Source: Octopus bimaculoides (taxonomy: Eukaryota). From it: a stretch of 64,000 nt of DNA. Position numbers and translations under genes: made by a program. The stretch lies in contig NC_068993.1 of assembly GCF_001194135.2 (NCBI RefSeq), positions 62,546,385 through 62,610,384 of the forward strand, in the 5' to 3' direction. Below, piece by piece: positions 54,624-64,000 of this stretch (positions are counted from its first letter, which is position 1; each line of letters opens with the position of its first letter). The notes beneath the pieces were generated by a model. The model was not told where the DNA came from. It made no database searches and worked only from the letters and a program-made list of their open reading frames with translations.

Positions 54624-55095
54624 GCAGGCTTGGCTGAGTGGTAATAAGCTTGCTTCACAACTATATGGTTTCGCGTTCGGTCCCATTGCGTAGCACCTTC
54701 GACAATTGTCTACTACAATATCCTCGGGCTTACTGAGGCTTTGTGAGTAAATTTGGTGGAAACGGAAACTGTATGAAATCCCATCGTATATTTATATGTG
54801 TCTGTCTGTGTGTCTTGTGCATCGATTTTCATTTGTTTACGTCCCCGTAACGTAGTAGCTCTTCCAAATAAACCAAATAAGTAGAATCAGTACCAAACAT
54901 AGACAACAAAATTAGTACGGGGGGGGGGGNNNNNNNNNNNNNNNNNNNNNNNNNNNNNNNNNNNNNAATAAACCAAATAAGTAGAATCAGTACCAAACAT
55001 AGACAACAAAATTAGTACGGGGGGGGGGGTGACTTGTTCGACTGAAACGCTAGCTTGACCACCGTCCAGTGACTGAAACTAGTAAAAGATGAAAG
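54624..55095 (+). mobile_element. tRNA-derived SINE, family B, spanning a small gap
   Basis: Head and tail consensus. Minus-strand partial copies lie at about 56095-56460, 59250-59445 and 61915-61985. Confidence 0.75.
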
Positions 55096-55173
55096 ACATT
55101 ATTTTCAAAATGATAACACTTGAACATTTTGCACACGTGCGCACACGTTCTCTTATCTTTATATAAGGCAATA

Positions 55174-55702
55174 CGAGGCCTGATCAATAAGTATCCGGAG
55201 TGTTACTATAGTAACGAAGCTAAAGCACGCATAGTGAAACCGGTTGACACAGATTGATTTTAAACTCTGCTGTGCATGTGCACTACGTTTTAACGTTCCA
55301 GCTTACATCTGCTGTTAACAGCAGTGCTTGGAAGGAAGTTGTGTAGCGTGTGATCGTCGCAGTGACCACGACAGAGAAAGTTTTCATGGAGAAACCTGCT
55401 CAGAGGCCAACGCAAGTTTGCAGAATGTGTATGGAGAGGAGTGCATGAGTCACACACAAGCGCACGAGTGGTTCAAACATTTCCAAGATGGTAACATTTC
55501 ATGCAGATTCTCTGCTGAACTTTCTCTGTTACGGTCAATGCGATGATCACACGCTGCACACCTTCCTTCCAAGCGCTGCTGTAAACAACGGTGAGCACAT
55601 GCATAGCAGAGCTCAAGGTCAATCTCTGCCGCGTAGCTTCACTCTCCGTGCTTTATCTTCGTTACTATGGCAATACTCCTGATATTTACTGATCACACCA
55701 CG
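55174..55702. mobile_element. Non-autonomous Tc1/mariner element with about 200-bp inverted arms and a transposase HTH fragment
   Basis: TA on both sides (55172-55173, 55703-55704). Ends are cgaggcctgatcaataagtatccgg and its diverged reverse complement. The internal frame GETCSEANASLQNVYGEECMSHTQAHEWFKHFQDG matches the mariner N-terminal HTH. Confidence 0.88.
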
Positions 55703-56809
55703 TATATATACTTTTTAGAAGTATTTTCCTATGATTAGCCAAGACTTTGTTCGTTAGGAAGAATTTATATTTTATCAGTTAAGCTGTGTTCATGATGAAA
55801 CTAATATATTATTCCAGACTTACAGCATCATTTGGTACATTTTCCCGACAGACAAGTACAGCGCCCTGCTATGAGGTGAGAGATCACTAAATAATTAATG
55901 CATTCATATAACTTGCAGTGGTGTCGCTAAAGCTATGCGATGACCTTGGAAAGAACGACAAAACTCTCCCTCTAATCATTGTTTTAGCCACCGAAGCCTT
56001 TCTTATTACAATAAGCATATACGTGCTGATTTGTAAGGATCTATAGTAAAATGATAATTAAATTATTTGTTGAAATATTGAATTTTTTAAATTATTTTAC
56101 TTGTTTCACTCATTAGATTGCGACCATGCCGCAGCACTGCCTTGAAGACTTTAGTCAAACAAATCACCTCCATTACCTGTTCTTTTCTTTTCGTTCTTTT
56201 TAAGTCTGGCACATATTCTATCTGTTTCTTTTTGCCAAGCCGCTCAGTGTTGGGGACGTAAACAAGCCAATAACAGTTGTTAAGTGGTGATGAAGGACAC
56301 ACACACACACACACACACATACACACACACACATACACACACAAACACACACAGTTATATACAACGGGCTTCCACACAGTTTTCGCTTATCATATTCACT
56401 CACAAGACATTGGTCAATCCGGGGCTAAAGTAGAAGATACTGGACTGGAGATTATGTGGCTGCTAAACGAGCTTCTTAAAGCACAGACATGACAACATCT
56501 AGAACTCTGATGCTCTACCGACTCAGCTAAATCAAATATCTCTTTGGAAATCTTATGCGTTACGGCAAAAACAACTTTCGCTTAATTATTCTTATTTCTT
56601 TATTTCCATAAATTCGAAAGACAGCTACAGAATGTTTCCTTGTTATTAAGCTTCCTCGTCAAAACAGCTTACTTAAAATACGATTACTGCAGTTAGTATA
56701 TCTGCACATGCACAATATTGTACCTGTGTTGACCGTCAGACCGATGATTAGATGAAGGTCTTTGATAAACTTTTCAAAAGCTGTATCTAACATATAAAAA
56801 TACTCTTAC

Positions 56810-56874
56810 CTGGATCAAAATGAGGGGAGATCCGATTGTCATAGTTCAAGAGAATGTTTTTGATCACTTCAGAC
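56810..56874 (-). CDS. Cys-loop ligand-gated ion channel subunit (GlyR/GluCl/GABA-type branch), exon encoding the N-terminal helix: SEVIKNILLNYDNRISPHFDP
   Basis: Acceptor ctttcttttactcctcacag and donor gtaagag on the minus strand. The exon is 65 nt, phase 2 to phase 1. The LLNYDNRISP motif matches the LLxxYDxRxRP helix of Cys-loop receptors, and it splices in frame to 38782. Confidence 0.9.
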
Positions 56875-56949
56875 CTGTGAGGAGTAAAAGAAAGTACGTT
56901 AGTAATGTCACGGAGGAAAAAGAAATCAAGTATATATATATATACATAC

Positions 56950-57000
<51 letters not shown>

Positions 57001-57229
57001 ATGCGAGTTTAGTTCACTGGTGATCTAAATGAATAGGTACGCTGAGTAGGTGTTGTGACGGATCGTCAGAGTTCCAAGCTCGGAACTGAGATGGGAGCTA
57101 TGGATTCATTTAAGGTTTCCGATTAAGCAGATATATATATATATTTGTGAAAGAGGACAACAAACGCCGAGGCATAACAAGCATCTCAAATCATATATAC
57201 GGTTTCATATTATTCTTAAATTAGTTGAG

Positions 57230-57306
57230 GTCTTACAGCTGTTTCTGGGATATCCCAAGTGATAGGCGAGTATGCCTGAATAAGGGGGTATTCCGTCATC
57301 AGAGAC
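57230..57306 (-). ncRNA. Minimal type I hammerhead ribozyme motif (Penelope-like architecture)
   Basis: The minus strand reads GTCT-CTGATGA-[about 50 nt, imperfect stem II GGAATACCC/GGGATATCCC]-GAAA-CAGCTGT-A-AGAC. Stem I is GTCT/AGAC, helix III is the palindrome ACAGCTGT, and the predicted cleavage triplet is GUA. Folded by eye only. Confidence 0.7.
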
Positions 57307-57594
57307 AAGTAGAGAACATATGAAAGATCCAGACATGGAAATATTCTGATATAAGATCTAGACATGGAAAATTTGCAGATAATAAACAATGAAATAGAAG
57401 AGTAAAGAGTAAGGAAATATGGAAATAAAGTTCACAGTTCGTTTTTCAGAGGGTATCGATGTTAGTCTGAATGTCCTTAGGTAAAATCCAAGGTTAATCC
57501 AGGCAGGATTATGGTAAAGTATGAGTAGTGTGTTCGCCACAAACCAGTCATCTCAAAACGAACACACCATTCCCATTTTTGCCAAAATATTCTT

Positions 57595-57770
57595 TTCTAC
57601 TCTAGGCACAAGGCCTGGAATTTTTGGAGAGGGCGCCAGTCGATTAGATCGCCCCCAGTGCGCAATTGGTACTTAATTCATCAACCCCGAAAGGATGAAA
57701 GGCAAAGTCGAACTCGGTGGAATTCGAACTCAGAACGTAAAGACAGACGTTTCTGCCAGCTCGCCGCCTT
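57595..57770 (-). mobile_element. tRNA-derived SINE, family A
   Basis: Family A consensus. Another minus copy lies at about 59640-59835. Confidence 0.8.
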
Positions 57771-58930
57771 GTAATGGAAGAGAGGCAAAGTCGATCTCGG
57801 CAGTATTTGATCTCGGGATTTAAAGGAAAGTAACTAAACACTGCAAGCAATTCTATCCAATACTCCACTGATTTTACTACTCCGTCACGTTGCACTCCTC
57901 CACAAATCTTAATAATGTTATTATGGGAATATATTATTAAGTTAATGCGCACATACTGTTAAACGTGTAACAAACTGAAATAATAATTGACATTGTCTGG
58001 TTTAATATTTTGCGTTGGCACTCATCTAAAGTATCTGAATTAACTTAATTCCATTATTACTGCCGTCACTCGAAATCGATTCCAAATTTGCTTCAGCATT
58101 CATTTAATTCCTGTTTGGTTGTCTTTGGGACGAGGAGCCGAATTTTTGAGAGATTAAAATGAATGCCACTTATGTTAACTCTTATAATAACTCTGCATTT
58201 TTGACTGTTTCGACTCACATTTTAAAACCACAATAATTTTTTATACATTTCTCTAAAACCCGGAAAATAAAAACAAAAGAATTTTTAAATAATTATATCT
58301 TAAGGGGAATATGAGAAAATAATTAAATGTCACAGGTTGTCAGCAGCAACAACGGGATGCGTCAGTTTTGAGAACCTATTTGTGCTGAGTGGTTGCTGCT
58401 GAGAGTAACACTGAGTGGCAGCGAGTTTGATAGGAATGTTTCTTCACTAATATGTTCAGGTCAGCGTATACACAGAGGTTGTCGAATATAAATTACCTTA
58501 CTAATTTCGTCACATAATCAACCCTGACCAAAGTGGATTCGAAATTTACTTCACTTCTATCTTAATTACTGTTTTATCTTCTCAAGGAGCCGTGGGCCCT
58601 GAATATCGATTGATGGAAGTATAAAAAGTTTATTGGAAATGAAAAAAAAAAAAAATCCTGATTGTTTACAGCGATTTCAAAACAAATTATGAAATTACAA
58701 TGTCGTTTAATACATTTCTAGAATTCACACTAAATAAATATATGATAATCAACATAACACCGACTACCTTTTGATCGTTGTGCACTCTAAGTGATCATGT
58801 ATTTTACGTCAAGGAACTAAAATTACACGGCTTAATTATACGTGTATCTATTTATTTTATGTGTCTATGTGTGTGCGGGTGCATAAATATATATTTAAGA
58901 TTCTCCTCTCTCTTGCTCAACACGTGCGCA

Positions 58931-58982
<52 letters not shown>

Positions 58983-60369
58983 ATTAATTTGGGGTTATGC
59001 AAAAATCTGATACTCAGCAGTTTCCTGGAAATCTAGCCGACTCATGTGACCAAGTAAGCTCGATGGAAAAACAACAGGTTACTTCTTCTAACGGGAGATG
59101 GACGCCTGCCGGCGTCAGAGCACGTATAAGGCTTAAACAAAAGTCAGCAAGAAAGAAACAATAAAAGCATGAAAGTGATAAAAGTGGGTGTAATGAAAGG
59201 GTAGCAACTGAGATGGCGACTTCGTAACTCTCTTACTCTTGTATTCTTTTGCTTGTTTCAGTCATTTGACTGCGGCCAAGCTGCAGCATCGCATTAAATG
59301 GCGTTAGTCGACGAAATCGACCCCAGCACGTTTTTTTTGTAAGTCTAGTATTTATTCTATCGGTCACTTTTGCTAAGTTACTGAACCCAGAACCATGTGG
59401 TTGGGAAGCAAGTTTTTTTTTTACCATACAGCCACACCTGCGCTTGTAGAAACAATGCATATTTATTTCTTTATTGCCCACGGAGGGCTAAACATAGACA
59501 AGCACAGAACTTATTTTACATATATTTAAGAAATAATAAATATTACCGATAGCCTTGTGGACTTTGATCACAGAAGTTAAAATAGTGGGAAAATGAAGTA
59601 TTGAACCGTGATATACTTTCTACTCGTTAGATTCTTTCTAAAATAAGCGCAAGGCCTGATTTATTTTATGGGAAAGGGCCAGTCGATTACATCGAGCCCA
59701 GTGCTCAGCTAGCTTATCAAGCCCGAAAGAAGGAAATGCAAAGTGGACCTCGATGGTATTTGGATTCAGAACGTGAGACCGGAAAAAATGACACTAATTA
59801 TCTCGTCCGATTCGCGAATGATTCTCCCAGCTCGCTCTCTTTAGATAATGTAATAATGTAATGGGGAAATAGTGGAAGAACTGCCATAGGAAAGAGCAAG
59901 GACAGAGGGCACCGAGAGTCAAGTTAAAATGAAATACAACAATAAAATATTAAAGCAAATATAGAAAATGCACTGCAAAAAGCATGCTATAGGGTTTGGG
60001 ATATGCAGATTTTAGTGTTCATTGTCCCGAACGATGCATCATCGGACATGGGGTTTCTTCGATATCCGTGTTGAAAGACAAAAAGGATAGAACCACAATT
60101 CACAAAGAGTAGAGCAGAAAAGGCGAACACATATAACGAGAGTACTCGTGAGTAAGCGACATGTGCAGCTTGTGTATTACAGAGCAAAGATAAAATGTTC
60201 ACCTTGGCCTAGCATTTAGCATTGCGGGAAGTTGTCTGCTACTTTCATCTACTTTATTCTGTTCGATGAACCGGCGAAATGTCAAGAATGCTTCAAAGTA
60301 AGACAAGTGGGTCGACCGAAATACTTTATCAATTTCTACCATGTTATCGAGTATTTTTGCTCATTCATG

Positions 60370-60401
<32 letters not shown>

Positions 60402-60836
60402 TGTATGTATGTATGCATGTATGTATGTACATACATACACACATAGATATCTATATATCTACATCTATCTATCTACACATATATATATACACATGTATAT
60501 ATATATATGTATATATATATGTATATGTGTATACATATATATATGTATGCATNNNNNNNNNNNNNNNNNNNNNNNNNNNNNNNNNNNNNNNNNNNNNNNN
60601 NNNNNNNNNNNNNNNNNNNNNNNNNNNNNNNNNNNNNNNNNNNNNNNNNNNNNNNNNNNNNNNNNNNNNNNNNNNNNNNNNNNNNNNNNNNNNNNNNNNN
60701 NNNNNNNNNNNNNNTATATACATAGACACACACAAACCTATTTATCATATCAGTATAGTGCTTGTGCAGATTTGTGCAAAGGGATGTAATTACAATTGCC
60801 TCTGAGAATATATCTTTACCTATCTATCTATCTATC

Positions 60837-60888
<52 letters not shown>

Positions 60889-61211
60889 CATCTACCTACT
60901 TGTCTATCTCTAAATGTGTGTGTATATGTGACCGTCTACATTTGTGTCTATGTGTATGTGTGTGTGTGTTTATGTTATGTATTTATGCGAGCGTGTGGAA
61001 TCGTGATTGCTTTGTTTTTACAATCGGATGCAATGCCCTCGACACACAAATAGATTGAGTCTATTTTTAATAAAGCTGACACCGCGTAAAAGGCGAACCG
61101 AGTTTCACTTACCTGATTATTCAAACGTGAAATGATAACTAAAACTTTAAAATTCCGACTTCCTATGCAATATATATGTATATATGTATATGTGTGTGTG
61201 GGCGTGTGCGT

Positions 61212-61245
<34 letters not shown>

Positions 61246-61604
61246 TTGTCATGTATACATGTGTACATGCTTGTGTGTATGTATATATGTATGTATGTGT
61301 GTATGTATATAAGTATATATGCATGCATGCTTGTATGTATGTATGTATGTATGTATGTATGAATATATGTATGTATGAATGTATTTACAAAACGGAAAGT
61401 TACATTGTGGAACTGTCATTTTAACGAGCTGTATTTATCTTTCATCCGACAAGATACATCTGCACCACCGGGTGCTATTGAACTAGTTGGTGAGTGTCCC
61501 ACTCAAGAGGAATCCATCCTAGATGTGTCGAAACAATTGTTGTGATTAATAATAAATTCTCGTATATTCCATTTTCCGTCTTTCATTTACCATATGTGTA
61601 TATG

Positions 61605-61635
<31 letters not shown>

Positions 61636-62279
61636 NNNNNNNNNNNNNNNNNNNNNNNNNNNNNNNNNNNNNNNNNNNNNNNNNNNNNNNNNNNNNNNNN
61701 NNNNNNNNNNNNNNNNNNNNNNNNNNNNNNNNNNNNNNNNNNNNNNNNNNNNNNNNNNNNNNNNNNNNNNNNNNNNNNNNNNNNNNNNNNNNNNNNNNNN
61801 NNNNNNNNNNNNNNNNNNNNNNNNNNNNNNNNNNNNNNNNNNNNNNNNNNNNNNNNNNNNNNNNNNNNNNNNNNNNNNNNNNNNNNNNNNNNNNNNATGC
61901 ATACATATATATTCATTCGACTGTGGCCATGTTGCAGCACCGCCCTGACGATTATTTTGTCGAATGATTCGACCGCAGTACTTGTTTTTTAAACCAACCC
62001 TTTACTTCTATCGGTGCCTTAACACACCGGTTGTATTCTGGTGGTGGTGGGAGGGCAGACTAACGCAAACACACACAGACACACACTACTCCAAACATAC
62101 ACATATTATTAAGTAAGAAAATGGAGAGATTCAATGGATACAGATTAATTTATTAACATTTTCAATAAGACCTACAATTGTTTCAATTCACACTAAATAC
62201 AAATTACGAGCCTACAGAATAAAATAAGTTTGCATTTTGAATGTTTAGAGTAAAATATCTTCAGGGCCAATGGATATTA

Positions 62280-62620
62280 AGAAAACTACATGTTGACCAA
62301 TTGAGATTCTCCAACAGACTCACTGAAGCGTGTCGTTCTGATTGAATCTTGTAGTATGCATGGTTGGTTAGAAATAGTTTGGTCTTTGTGTCTATGCGAT
62401 TTTCCGTCACATATCGTTACATTTAGGTTGTAAGGCAGATTAAACCAGATAATCTTCTGTTCTATTTCGTAATTCGTTCCTTATACTTCTTGTATTCTAA
62501 TTCTCCTTTGGAATTGTTTATATTTCGGAAACTCTGTACGCTATGTCGTTGACATAGTTGTACTTAATTGACGGTAAGCCTTTCAATATTCGCTTGTTTA
62601 AAGAGTCACTTCCTTTGGCT
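62280..62620 (-). mobile_element. Penelope-like element, post-RT fragment (degenerate); the remnant may extend to about 63310
   Basis: The minus frame KIIWFNLPYNLNVT matches the RKIIWFNPPYxxNV motif of Penelope ORFs. Confidence 0.65.
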
Positions 62621-62863
62621 TACCATAGGCTAGTTTGGTTGACTTTTTTTTTCCCCTGGATTTAAGTATATTGTTACTCCAAGGAAATTTGCAATGAATA
62701 GATTTGTGATGAAAGTTATTTTCAGAAGGCAAACTTTCAAACCATTTATTTGGAGAATTATAAACTTATCTCATTTGTGACTACTCATATTTATAAAGGT
62801 TACGAAACTCTTGGTTCTCTATAACTCTATTTTAAATTACTTGGGTATTTTACTAGTTTCTCC

Positions 62864-62929
<66 letters not shown>

Positions 62930-63324
62930 GAATTGTTATTTCCTTCATTTTAATCATGCATGTAGGTTGTGTTTGTATAATTGTGTGTATAAAAGTTGTA
63001 TATAATAATTATTCCCACCTAAATGTCAATATCATTTAATGCATAATTGTACCGAAAAATATCATATTGTTTTTCCTCAGGTTGAATTTTAATTGTTGAC
63101 AAAGTATATTTTATTCATGAAATTACTTTCAGCAGTAACGTCTTTATTTAATAATTTGTTGACGCTCTTGTTAGCTCTGTGTCTTATTAGTATTATTATC
63201 GCTTCCTTTGAAACTATTTTGAATGGTAAATTTGTTAACCTTGGCTTGTATTCCATAAGAATAAACTATTTATTTTTGTTACTAAATTTTCTACACCACT
63301 TTCACATTCCATGACTACCATTCG

Positions 63325-63537
63325 TTTCTACTCTAGGTACAAGGCCCGAAATTTTTTTGGTGTTGGCAATCGATTATATCGACCCCAGTACGCAACTGGT
63401 ACTTAATTTATCGACCTCCGAATGGATAAAGGGCAAAGTCGACCTCGGCGGAATTTGAACGCAGTACGTAAAAAGACTGACGAAATACCGTTAAGCATTT
63501 CGCCCAGCATGCTAACGTTTCTGCCATCTCTCCGCCT
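63325..63537 (-). mobile_element. tRNA-derived SINE, family A (near full length)
   Basis: Family A consensus from tail to head. Confidence 0.85.
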
Positions 63538-64000
63538 TTGCATGACTACCATTGGCATCGATGAGGTAACAGACAAGTATTCTGGATTATTTTTCTGGTT
63601 TTTTATTTTACTTTAGTTTTCTCGTTTGTCGAGTTTATTTCAGATGTTCGCATTTTCAAAATTGCATTTGCCTAATCGTTGAGAGGACGTTGGTGTTGCC
63701 TTAGCGGAGGTTTGCGCTTTCTGAGTGCTCGTGTTGTTATTATTCAGTAGTTTTATTTTTATAGCGTGCTTTCACTTCACTACCGAGCGCAGCGAAAATG
63801 GCTAGAGTGAATGGCACCTCTCTAAGTGTAGACTTGTGGGTCGGAGAGAAGAAATTGGAGAGGGCACTGGCTCCTTGAGTTTCAGGGAAATTCTAGACAG
63901 TGGTGTTCCTCGATTACCCAAAGAGGCCTTCCTGTATCAGGAGGGCCACATCTCTATCATCGTCCCCGGCACTTAATATTTTTTTTAACCTTTGTAAGTT

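Noticed and set aside
54865-55030. Identical roughly 63-nt sequence on both sides of an N run
   Set aside because: This is the typical contig-overlap artefact at a poly-G break.
63081-63225. Plus-strand segment with an acceptor, a signal-peptide-like MKLLSAVTSLFNNLLTLLLALCLISIIIASFETILN and a phase 1 donor
   Set aside because: Hydrophobic frames arise easily in AT-rich DNA. The opposite strand (NKLLNKDVTAESNF) resembles a Penelope N-terminal region, collinear with the minus-strand Penelope fragment at 62280-62620. It is also on the wrong strand for the channel gene.

Overview
This is AT-rich, microsatellite-dense animal genomic DNA with several N gaps. The repeat families and simple-repeat load point to an octopus or other coleoid cephalopod; this is inference, not a database result. 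Most of the window is intron of one minus-strand Cys-loop (pentameric ligand-gated) ion channel gene of the GlyR/GluCl/GABA-type branch. Four spliced coding exons were found: 56810-56874, 38715-38782, 20832-21055 and 14980-15062 (65, 68, 224 and 83 nt). They join in frame to give SEVIKNILLNYDNRISPHFDPDVPTKVKVHMYVNSFDSIRESSMDFSMNFIITQKWNDPRL...WVPDLYFANEK...GTVQYRVRLTMTATCPMKLEKFPLDIQTCSIFIKS. The signal-peptide, loop C and transmembrane exons were not found. The introns hold at least three tRNA-derived SINE families, R4/Dong-type and Penelope-like retroelement fragments, mariner, hAT-like and piggyBac-like non-autonomous elements, and many microsatellites. Three observations stand out. (1) A minimal type I hammerhead ribozyme motif lies in the sense orientation of the channel pre-mRNA, 356 nt upstream of an exon. 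(2) A dispersed head-to-head palindromic element joins a tRNA-like Pol III head to a minimal hammerhead motif. (3) The predicted agonist pocket lacks the canonical GlyR-type Phe63/Arg65/Glu157 residues and carries basic residues instead. No CRISPR array, rRNA or intact tRNA gene was seen.
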